Assembly (NCBI GenBank): GCA_023231475.1
Contig: JALJEE010000907.1
Coordinates: 1-64,000, forward strand
DNA: 64,000 nt
Direction: 5' to 3'
Source: Seison nebaliae
Lineage: Eukaryota
This document shows, in pieces, positions 13,516 to 24,741 of the stretch. The position numbers and the translations under genes were made by a program. The notes under the pieces were generated by a model. It made no database searches. It saw nothing but the letters and a program-made list of their open reading frames with translations, and was not told the origin of the DNA. Numbering within the stretch: the first letter of the stretch is position 1; each line of letters opens with the position of its first letter.

Positions 13516-13950
13516 CTAGTCAGTCCACTGAACTTTCGAAGTGAAATAATCAATGAGCATTTCGGGAAATTTGTACCGGAAATCCTTTATCGGAACGATC
13601 ACTGGTTGTTTCAAACTTTTAAATTTTATGAGAAACAATAGTTCGCCTGCTTCAATTGAGGCACCTAAAATCTTCTCGGGATAACAACTCGACATAATTT
13701 CATCTATTTGCACTTTGGATAGAAGTTTCTTCTTACCAAATTTATTCGCCGTATCATCGGCCATCTTCTGTCGATGGTGCTGCAAAAATTGTTCTACAAC
13801 TGCAGTTCTTTCCACTTTGCACTCCTCTATCCATTTCTCGTCGGTACCGTAATCGTTAGCGAATTGAACAAGCAGATCTAATGTTCCATCTTCTCGTGTT
13901 CGACAATTGAGTACTCGCTGTGGATGTACACCGCTCATTTGTTGGTACAT
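13516..13950 (-). CDS. HP1/CBX-like protein (divergent chromodomain, short hinge, chromoshadow domain), intronless
   Basis: C-terminal PEKILGASIEAGELLFLIKFKS...KFPEMLIDYFTSKVQW is a chromoshadow domain; N-terminal QRVLNCR...LLVQF...EKWIEE is chromodomain-like. Confidence 0.85.
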   Translation of the reverse strand: MYQQMSGVHPQRVLNCRTREDGTLDLLVQFANDYGTDEKWIEECKVERTAVVEQFLQHHRQKMADDTANKFGKKKLLSKVQIDEIMSSCYPEKILGASIEAGELLFLIKFKSLKQPVIVPIKDFRYKFPEMLIDYFTSKVQWTD

Positions 13951-14324
13951 TGTAAAAGAATTTTTTTGAATTATCTCTAATATTTGAAAAACAGATGAGT
14001 TAAACGCTTCAAGTCGGAACTTCGTTTAAATGGAAAGATGCCAAACGAGAAACAAAAGAAGAAACATAAGAATTGTATTTGAAAAAAATTCAAATGTTAA
14101 GCTTCAATGAAGAATGATATTTTTGATTTGAAATGAAGAGAATTATTCTAATTTTATTTTGAAAATATAATTACAAATATATTATTGATGATAATAATTG
14201 AATAGATAATTTTATATAAAATTTTCAGAAAAATTTAAATTTTCGGCTTTGATCCAATTCAGCTGGAAATTTCAGTTCATTGGAATTAAAGAGAAGATAT
14301 ATTTTAGAAAAGAAAGTAACGAAT

Positions 14325-15007
14325 TCAATCGCCATCTGAGATGTATATACAATCATCATCGTCGACAAAATCATGATTAGGAATAACGTTGGAGGAACGG
14401 GGTCGTTTTTCATTAAGATACGTTGCTGTTGACGTCATTGAGTCAGCGAGAAATTGAATGACATTTGGATTAGTTAAATCGAAATTGGGCAAAGAAGAAG
14501 AACTGTGATTTCTTTTTCCATTTGACGATAATTCATAATCGATATTATGGAACACATTTTCCAATTGTCGACTGTTGGAAGGTGGAAGGGCAATCGTATT
14601 CGAATTGATTGCAGCTGTCATATGTCTGAATAAATTCTGTCTCATCCGATCACTTTGAGATGGTGTATTTTTCACAGGCGCCATAGTAGGAGTTAGAAGA
14701 TCACCGTAACTTCCCTCACGCGTAGGGAATCTTTGGGAGGATAGTAGAAGAAGTTTTTTAAAAAAAAATATTATTTAACCTTTCATCTGAAATTGGTTGA
14801 GCTGATAATTCTCGTACGTTTTCTTGATTACTTTTTTTTTTCGTCACCTGATGAAGTGATTCCAATAAATTACTTATATCATCATTATGTTGATGTCCAC
14901 TATTATTAAAATGATTCAGATTAGTAGTTGGATTATTAATATTATTTATATTGTTGTCCATATTCATATTGAAAGTCAAATTTTTTTTCATATTCATATT
15001 GTTGTTG

Positions 15008-15042
<35 letters not shown>

Positions 15043-17076
15043 ATCAACAGTACAGTAATTGGAATTTATAGTATTACAATCAACAGACTCATCATCACTT
15101 ACAATAATAATACTATCTTCTAATTTATCTGAATTGTCTTTCACTTTTTCAATTTCTTTCTTCTTATTAAAACCATCACCTTCATCATCTGAACCAAGAT
15201 TATCCGCATAAATCTCTTTCTTCAATGAATATTTTCCATCTTCTCCAATAATCACATCTCTCACATTATTCATATTCTTCGTCTCTTCCAATAATCGTTT
15301 CGTATAACTGAAATTCATTTAATTCTTTCCAATTCTCCAATCTTCAATCTACTAACAGACAATAACATAAATCAGCGAAAATAATTTTCTTGTTACACGT
15401 CGGACATTTCCATGTTGGCCTTTTTTCATTCAATAGGAAAAATGTTTCGCCGTCCATACATTGGAGATGTCGACATTTTTTACTACGAATTGGATATGAC
15501 ATTCTCGTTTGAGTTATCTAATAAACATTCAATATCGACCATATCAAATAAATAATAACGGGACAACACAAGGAAAATTTGGTGGTGGAATCTGACATGG
15601 CGAACGAATCGTCGTCGTTCGAAAAGAAATGGGCGAGAATCTTATGAAAATCATCGGAAGTACATGGTTTATTCTTGACTAGATATTGTCTTAAATATTC
15701 TGATGTTCGTTTAGTCGCCAAGAATGCACCGACGATAAATTTCTGAAAAAAAATTTTAAAAAAAAATTTTGAATAAAAAAATTTTGAAAAGAAATTTTGA
15801 ATAAAAAAATTTTGAAAAGAAATTTTGAATAAAAAAATTTTAAAAAAAAATTTTGAATAAAAAAATTTTAAAAAAAAATTTTGAATAAAAAAATTTTAAA
15901 AAACAATTTTGAATAAAAAAATTTTAAAAAAAAATTTTGAATAAAAAAATTTCAAAAAAAAATTTTAAATAAAAAAATTTCAAAAAAAAATTTTGAATAA
16001 AAAAATTTTGAAAAGAAATTAAAGAAAATTCCGAACTTCGTTCCGGTTTCGAGCTCTCCATAATATCGTCATGTCATTTACATAGTCGTTGATTGGGAGA
16101 ATGTACTCGTCGATCTCCAACGTCTTCGCATTTCTAAAGAGATTTGTTGAGTTCTGCGGAGCCGGTTTTGGAGGCTGTTAAACGAATTTTAAGTTTCTTT
16201 AAAGGAAAATGACAATTCGTCTAACAGGAAGTGGAATACTTCGTCCATTGATGGTAATCGTCAAATTGCATGGGAAAGTATCGATTAAAGTTCTGTTATC
16301 TAGAAATCTATTGATTAATGAAATATGGATGGATGATCTTGAATTGGAACCTTAGAATTAATTTAATAGATTTCTTCTGATCTCGTAAAAGATTTATCTG
16401 ATCTTTCCTCATCATAAATTTGACGACTTTACTTTGAATATTCTCTTCTCTGAATGATCCGGTTATTGTGGGAGCTTCAAATGAGATAATGTTAATTTCT
16501 CCCTAAAAACGAATATTGAACCGAATGTTAATGGAGTAATGATTGCTTGATTGATATCATAAAATGGATCTTGTTGGAATTGAATATCTGATTCATTGAA
16601 ACTTCTCGCTTTCGTCAATGAAGTCGAATGTTCTACTTTCTCTAACAATGTCTCATCAATTTCTAATTTTGTCGAATCAGGATGTTTGAAACATCCCACT
16701 AATAAATTCCAATTTCTAATTATTAATATTTAAATTCTTTAAAATTAACGAGGCGCATTTGTTCGATAGGGACAACGTGTTGGTCTGAAAAAGAAGATGT
16801 TAAAAAAAAAATTTTTTTTCACACAAAATTTTTCCAACAATGAAACACAAGTTATGTCGATTTGTAATGTTGAATTGAGATGTATCCAATTATCAACAAT
16901 ATTTCCAATCAGATCTTTCTTCTTTCCAAGATATGCCAATCCTACCGTTTTCAATATACTTCGCAATTCTCCCACTTTCGCTGAATTGAGACATCGCTTC
17001 TCAACGATAACAATTAGAAGTGAATGAAATGGAAAAATGGAAAAACTTCGAGTAAAATCCGATCCTCTTTCTTCAT
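14325..17076 (-). CDS. PIAS: PIAS-family SUMO E3 ligase, multi-exon
   Basis: SAP domain (KVGELRSILKTVGLAYLGKKKDLI), PINIT-region fragments (DTFPCNLTITING), SP-RING FSLCCP|ITQTRMSYPIRSKKCRHLQCMD...PTWKCPTCNK, SIM-like IIIVSDDE. Confidence 0.92.
15743..16020. repeat. Intronic minisatellite, 28-bp unit (two 14-bp A-tract/T-tract halves), about 10 copies
   Basis: GAATAAAAAA recurs at 15771, 15799, 15827, 15855, 15883, 15911, 15939, (15967) and 15995, exactly 28 bp apart. Confidence 0.95.
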
Positions 17077-19158
17077 AATCTCAATTGAATGTTTGAATTT
17101 CTAATTCCCTAATTCTCACGACTAATAATCAGAGGAACGAAGGAGGATAATAGGAAAGATAATTACGGAGGTTGATATAAGCCGAAAATTTGAAAAAATA
17201 AAATAATTAAATTTTTTTCTCTTTTTTCTTCTCAATTTAAACGAATTTTTTCTCCTACAAATTATTGAAATTTTACTTCAAAGCAATTTCTTATTTGTTT
17301 TATTATCTAATATTATGTAATAATTGTCTCTTCCATTCAATGTGTCGAAGGATATGGATTACTGATGAATTCTTTAAAAATAATTCTTTCAACAACAATT
17401 ATTCTCTCTCGCTCTATCTCATTTTCTCTCTCTCACTTCTGTCCTCCAATGTGTAATATGTGGACTATAATTAGTGAAATATCGCCCAAATTGATGAGGG
17501 AAATGAATTTTAACCATTCTCACAAAGGACAAAGTTCCTTATGGTGTATAAACTAAATTTTTTCGGAATTTTACCACACATTGTTTAACTAAAAGATTGG
17601 ATTATGTAAGCTTGTCGATTGTTGTTCATCAAGAACAATTTCAGGTCATTATCAAAACATTTTACACTACTTTGTTGGATGGTTAATTCGTCCTAATCTT
17701 TTTGTAAATTTAACAAAAGAAATTCGATTTTTTCTTTATTTCCAATAAGAAATATCGATTAAATAATATACTGAAATTGAAATATTTCCAATTGAATTCG
17801 ACACAATTTTCCAATGAAAATTTGGATAACTAAAATAAAGTTTTTTTCCAAACCTTTTTTTAAAGACATATCTCTCAATTGATATTTGGACGAAGTAAAA
17901 TGAAACTACATTTAGAATTTGTTAGTGAAATTGGAAGATTTCTAATTATTGATCTGTGATTTAGGATTGATCGATCAATGATTAATTATTATAAAAAGTT
18001 TCATGCGAGGAAAGTTGTCCTTTTTATTTATTAGGGTAATTATCAGAAACTAATATTCATGATATAATTCACTGATTTGTTATTTCTGATAGAATGATTG
18101 TTTTGTTTTTGTAATTCTTACCTCCTTCTTCCTTTCCAGAGAATAATAGAGAGGAATAATAATAATTCTCTTTTGAAATAATGGGAGAGGACTGTTGTTC
18201 AAGTTGTCGAAGGTCGATCGTATATAAATAAATAGTATAAATCATTATGTCATAAACATGTCAACAGAATGAAAGGGAAAGGAAAATTGCGTCAACACAT
18301 ACAATGTCAACTCGAATTATATAAGTACAATTCATTATTATGCGAATATCGACGTACGTAAGCAGTAAATTATATTCGGACCAATGTCGAAGTGTAAGTC
18401 CTCATATACGTCGGAAGATAATGTTATGATTATATCTATCTCTATACTTCTCCGTACGTATGTGTAAATAGTTCAATTAAATTAACGTATGCCTCTGTTT
18501 GTCCAAAGAAACTAATAATTTTCTAGTAATAGCTTCTTAATTCAAATTGATTTCTCTTTGACAAAGGAACAATTTTTAGATGTCACTTTTTTAGGAATTT
18601 TTCTAATTAATATTATTATGTCTCTCATTCTTGTTTGGAGATAAACTGTCCTAATTGAAACAATTTTTCAAATTCACATGAAATCCATCGATCGTTTTAC
18701 GTTCAGTCACTTCCATCTTTATCAGAATTTCTATCCATTAAAAACGATTAAATAACCGGAAGATTAGCAGAACTATCATAACTGATGATAGTTCTTTTAC
18801 CAGATAAGAATTTAACACCTGACGACGATTTGAGTAATCCAACAATTGAACTTTTTTTATTTTTCAACCGAAAAACTTCTTTCTGTTTGTAAACAAAAAG
18901 TTTGTTGGAGTTTTTGATACGTTCTTTTGACCCTCGAATAATTCGGTAGTTGGGCTAATGGGTGGGAAAGAAAGAATGAATGATGAATGGAACAAAGTAA
19001 AAATATTTAAATCTCATTACTTTCTGTTATTACCATTAATGACATGGGTAAGAAATAGCCGAAAACAAGCTAATAATACTGCTCCCTAATCTATTCCAAC
19101 ACGATGTAATTATGTAGGCACAGACAGACACATTCGCACACACATTCAGAAGTGGCTA

Positions 19159-19183
19159 TGTGTGTGTCTGTGTGTGTGTGTGT
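19159..19183. repeat. Interrupted (TG)n microsatellite
   Basis: tgtgtgtgtctgtgtgtgtgtgtgt. Confidence 0.85.
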
Positions 19184-21028
19184 TTAGCTGGAAAAGTAGT
19201 ATAAATTTCGTTAGATGTTAGAGTGGAAAAAATCCAGGGTTTAGTTGAGAGGGCATTAAATATGTTGTAATGTTGAAGGTTTTCTTCTTTTTTCAGTTTG
19301 GAACAAGGCCAAACATGAAAATGTATCCAGCTGCTTCATATAATTTAACGCAAAGGCAATAAAAAGAAAAATGGAAGAATCGGGAAAAGGTCGAGAGAAT
19401 ATTGTCATTTCATAATTCAACAGAAGATAGACATCGCTTGTTCCCTTACGTCTTCCATCTTCTCTTGGAAGTTGTTAAAAGTAATTTAAAAGAAGTTTAA
19501 AGTTGTTTTTCGGGTGAAGAAAAGATGAGATTCACTCATGATCTTTGGGAGACAGCGGAACAAGAATAACATGAACTTTTCTGTTGTTTTTCTCGTTGGG
19601 GAGGAAATGAAGTAAATAGAAAAAGTTTTAGCTCGATAAGTTCGAGGAATAAAAACGAGTTTTCAGCGCCGTATATTCATCTTCATATCCTCATGAAATT
19701 TCATCTCGTAAATAATTTGATCAACATTGTTTTCTCATACACAACCACTGCATGGAAGTACTTGAAAGAGTATTTTTTAGATCGTCCATTATTCTCCCTC
19801 GAATAACACAATTTCATTTCTTAGTTGCTCTTTCGTCTTTTCCTTCTTCCTTTTTTTCAAGAGGAGGAAAAATTATAGAAAATATTTGAAGGTTGGAGAG
19901 ATTGTATTGCGTAGAAAAATTAGTTTTGAGGAAACTGATGGATATTGGTCAGAATGAGAATTCCTACCTATTCATTACCTTTCGTCTTCCTTCCAACTCT
20001 TTCCCAATATATGTGAGATTGAAGTGAGGAGTAGATTTTTCACATCTTTCAGTTGTTTATCGATTTTAAAATGTTTTCGCTTATTCATCTTACCTAAATG
20101 GAGAATTCTTCTCATAAATATGTGTGTTGTTCATTGCCAATTAGCATCCGAAACAAAATTAGTATGATTCATGAGTAATCGATCTCCAATCGATAGATTT
20201 GTTGACATACAAGTAACGAGGAGGAATGTCTTCAATCCTTCAAATATTTCCCATCTTTTTTCTTCTCCCAATAAATGAATGATTAGGAACGTATTCATTT
20301 TAATCGATGTTCTTCGATCTCATGAAAAATTTATGAAAAAAATAAATTACTTATTTACCATATATTAATACTAATTCAATTTCTCTTCACATCTGAATAA
20401 AAATCAGAAGAATCTCCAAATTAATTCTTCATTCAAATGATAAATCTCATTAAACTTCTTTCGAAAATTTTATGCAATTCTTTCCAACCTTTTCATTATA
20501 GACACGAAGATTTATGCCCATTTTTTACTTTTTTGGAAATTGGCAAGAAATATGGGAATATGTTGGATAACGTGTTATTTTCTTATTTGTTCTATCTGTT
20601 TCATTGGAAGAAATGTTCCGATATTTGCTTTCTTTTAATTAATTGTCTGAAAAGATTTTTTGCGGACAATTTCTTGTCTAGACTTGTTAGTGTGAGATGT
20701 TTATTATACCTCTATAATGGATGACTCAAGAGATGTGTGAAAAATATTAGGAATGTTTGGAGAAGTAATCTCCGATGCTCTTACATCATCTATTAATTTG
20801 GATTGTATTTAATTATAATTTCCAAATAGAATTTTTCTGATTGAAATAAAGTGTTTGGTGAACGGGAATTACTTTCATTATTCTAAAGAGTTTATTCAGT
20901 TTGGAAGAATTGGAAAATTCAGAAAATTATTGTAATTAGAAGAAAATAATTGATCATTCCAAAAATATTTTTATTTTCATTCTCATCAACTGCAATCTCT
21001 ACTTGATGATAATCAATGGGATGGAATC

Positions 21029-22564
21029 ATGCCAAAAAAGGAATTACATCCATTAGTTATCATTCGTGATCAATCTCAAAAACGACCGGCTCCATTGTTA
21101 GTACTTTCTCTCATAATTCCATTATGATAATTCCATCGTCATTTATTCAGTCGGATGCCAACGTTTGAAGAGATCAGCACAGAAAATTTTGATTTCCAAT
21201 CGAGTAAAGAACAATTGGAAAGACTAAAGAGATTTTGCGATTGTCGGACGAGTGTGGGAAATGAAATAAAAAGTAATGATTTTAAGACGGTGTGCGAAGT
21301 TGGTGCAGGAAATGGAGGATTTGTGAATAAAGTAATTCACACGAAATCAAAAGTGATTTTAGCCCGAAAGATCATCCGATTGGAGGTTCGGGAGAAAGAG
21401 CGAAATCGAATTGTAAATGAGTTGGAAGTTCTACACAAATGTAATTCGCCGTATATTATCGGCTTCTTCGGTGCATTCCATGACAGCTGCGAATTATCGA
21501 TTTTGATGGAATATATGGATGGCGGTTCACTTGATCAGTTATTGAGGAAAGTGAATCGAGTACCCGAAAATATTTGCAGTCGAATCAATTATTGTGTATT
21601 GAAAGGAATGAATTATTTGAGGGAGAAACATCGGATTATTCATCGAGATGTGAAACCGTCGAATATTCTCGTGAATTGTGCAGGTGAAATCAAATTATGT
21701 GATTTGGGAGTTTCGGCCGTTCTGTATAATTCGGAAGCGTATAGCTTCATCGGTTCACGATGTTACATGTCACCAGAACGGTTAGAAGGAACACATCATC
21801 GAGTTCAAGCGGATATCTGGAGTCTGGGAATTTCATTAATGGAATTGGCTCTCGGTCGTTATCCTATTCCCGAGTTAAGTGTGGCACAATTGAAAAAGAA
21901 ATTCTCGAGAGATGTTTTCGGTCGACCACTACGTACACGAGGAAAGTATGGACATAGTGAATCGGATAAGAATAATGGTCGTGGAACCATGGTGCCATCG
22001 GAAGGGAATGAATCAACTTTGACTTATGGTCAATCGATAAAATTGAATAAAGATGGAAAGAAATTGAAGAAGATAAATAATGAAATGGAGAATAATAATG
22101 GCGAGAGTGGTAGTAATGAGGAAGATGACGATGAAGACAATGATGGTGATGGTGATGATGATGATGATGATTCTGATCTTTATTTTCCATCAATTTTCGA
22201 TCAATTACAACTGATTGTCAGAAGTCCCTCACCGAAATTACCTAACGAATTTTTCTCGGAAGAATTTGTCGATTTCATCGAGATCTGTTTGAGAAAGGAA
22301 CCGATTCAACGTAGCGATTTAGCCACTCTCCTCAATCATCCATTCGCTCAACGTCATGCTGATTTGATTGATAGGAAACAATTCCGTCAACAACAACAAC
22401 AACAACAGAAAAAAGAAGAAGAAAATTCGAAAGTGGAACAAAAGAATATGTTGGGATGTTATAGTAGTGCGGAAGAAGATAAAATGGTATCAGATTGGGT
22501 GAAACGTGCACTAAAAAATTCGTTAGCTGACATTGATAATCTTGACGATGATAATGATGATAAA

Positions 22565-22599
<35 letters not shown>

Positions 22600-23500
22600 G
22601 GATGATGATGATAATAATAATGATGATGATGATAATAATAACGAGAATAATGAAGAGAAGTCATTGGAAATAAAAGCGAAAAATGGAGTAATCTTTTTAA
22701 ACAGTCACGAGAATCATAGCGACAATGAAAATTTCCATAATAATCATCATACTAATAATTCGTCGACAACGACATTGAATAATAATAATGAGAATACAAA
22801 CATTCCTTTCTGTTCTCTAACACCTTCCACTCCACCACCGTTAAATTTGGAGAATTTGAAAAATCGAAAATCTTCATCTAATTCACAAACTGATCCTTCT
22901 TCTCCAATAACAACAACAACATCATCATCGTCGGCGTCTTTGATGAAATTCAAGAATAATTCTTCCATCATAACCACCACAACTACGACAACGAGTAACA
23001 CGAACGAGGTAGTTGTCGATGGAGCTTATTTTAGTGCCGATCAATCAACCCCGTCCTCCTCACCATATAGTGAAGCGTCGGAAGACAAATTCGTCTATCC
23101 ACCAACTAAATCGACCGAATCCGTTCGCTCACCAAAATTCATCAAACACAATTCAACATTCAATCGATTTATAGCATCGTCGTTCGGAAATCGAAATGGA
23201 AATTCTAGTCAAACGAAGAAACGTAATTCTGTCTCGGTTTCGACTTTCCACGACATTCGATCAACTTCAAAATCGAAACATAGTCAAATGTCGAAACCAA
23301 GAACTCAAAGGAACGTTTCCACGAGCATGTGTCCCGATTCCAGTATCAAAGGCAAATTGAGTGATAGTTTAAAGAGGAAAAATTTAATAATAAATGCGCT
23401 CAATGATTCCAATGGAAATACCGTCAATGATCGCCACAATTCCACCTCGCGTTTATGGAACAAGCAATTCCATCGATTTAAAGACATTCTTTTCAAGTAA
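21029..23500 (+). CDS. MAP2K1: MAP kinase kinase MEK1/2 ortholog with a long C-terminal extension, 2 exons (intron 21097-21150)
   Basis: Exon 1 MPKKELHPLVI is a D-domain-like N-terminus; GAGNGGFV, ARKIIRLE, CNSPYIIGFFGAF, HRDVKPSNILVN, YMSPERLEGTHH, ELALGRYPIP. Confidence 0.93.
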
Positions 23501-24027
23501 ATTCCGTACGCAAATATTATAAATAATAAAGAATTTTCTCCTTCATTCTCTTCCCATTCTTCCACCTCTTCTCCGGGAACTGTTGAAACGATAAACATTC
23601 ACTTTATATTTAACGAAATGATCTTCCTTCATTTTCTCTCTCAATTATCTCTTAAATTCTAATTGAATTCTCAACAATATTCGATGAATAATTTTCACAA
23701 ATTATAATTTAGATAAGAATTCAATGATCAATCGTTAATGATGAGAATATGTTTAGTGAAATTTAAAAAATAAATTAGAAAACATTTCTATTGACAATAA
23801 GTATTTAAGTAGGATTTAGTTAGTGGTCAGATGATTTTTAAATAAAAGAGAGAAGAGATTAGGAAAACATTTTATCTATTAAACTTTCTATTTTGTCATT
23901 GAATGAACATTTAAATACAGATGAGACTATAAGATAAAATATTACAATACGTGATAACTATAAGTTAGTGCAAAAACGAGAATTCGTCACTATAGTTTCC
24001 CTAATTGCAATTAAATGATCTTCAGTA

Positions 24028-24312
24028 TTAAGCACAAGATCCCATGTTCTTGTCGATCCAACATTGAAGTACACTAGCAATCAAGCAAGCTTGTTCGGCG
24101 CATATGCACGACTTCTCAATTAGCCATTGTTGGAAGGCACCGTCGTGTCGATTCAAGTAAAGTAACATGCCAACCATCTGTGAAGCTTTGTATACGCCAA
24201 TCTCATTGAGTTTGTTCGTCAGACAGGCATCGACACCAGGAACACAATGCACTGACTTATCACACAATGGAGTACAGAGGAAGTTGCACGAATCATTTCC
24301 CGTACAGCTCAT
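24028..24312 (-). CDS. Barrier-to-autointegration factor (BAF/BAF-L)-like protein, cysteine-rich, intronless
   Basis: Colinear with BAF: FLCTPLCDKSV~FVAEPMGEKPV, KLNEIGVYKA~KLEERGFDKA, GMLLYL~GQFLVL, FQQWL~FREWL, LQCW~LREW. Confidence 0.82.
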   Translation of the reverse strand: MSCTGNDSCNFLCTPLCDKSVHCVPGVDACLTNKLNEIGVYKASQMVGMLLYLNRHDGAFQQWLIEKSCICAEQACLIASVLQCWIDKNMGSCA

Positions 24313-24741
24313 TCCGTCTTAAATGAATAAAATCCTCTTCGACTGATTATTGAGAACGAATAGCCAAAAAGGAAAAGAAAAGTAAAAATGATAAAAAAAA
24401 TTCTAATATTCAATTACGAATTATTTCGATTTTAACAATCAAATTTAAAGGAAAAATAGTGAAACGTAACAAAAAAAAAAGTGCAAACTAAGAAAATTTC
24501 TAATTGTTTTATATTTCGCTCGTTTTTATTCGTCGTTTGTTTCGCTTTTCCATTTTCAATTTTTCCCCTTCTCACACACAAAATGAAAAGTTGAAATGAA
24601 TAATAGAATTTATTTCATCAAAAAATTTTAGAATTCTTCCTAACGAACTGTTGAGGAATTAGATGGAAAAATAATGTTCAATCATGAGAGATGGTGTAGG
24701 TCCTACACTGTAGGAGATCTTTTTTCTTCCTTTCCTTCTTT

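Noticed and set aside
15743..16020. Regularly spaced repeats as a possible CRISPR array
   Set aside because: No unique spacers, no cas genes, and the array lies in a eukaryotic intron.
21864..23001. His-rich and Val-rich minus-strand ORFs (21864-22193, 22332-22664, 22747-23001)
   Set aside because: Antisense shadows of GAT/AAC/ACA trinucleotide tracts in the MEK coding sequence.
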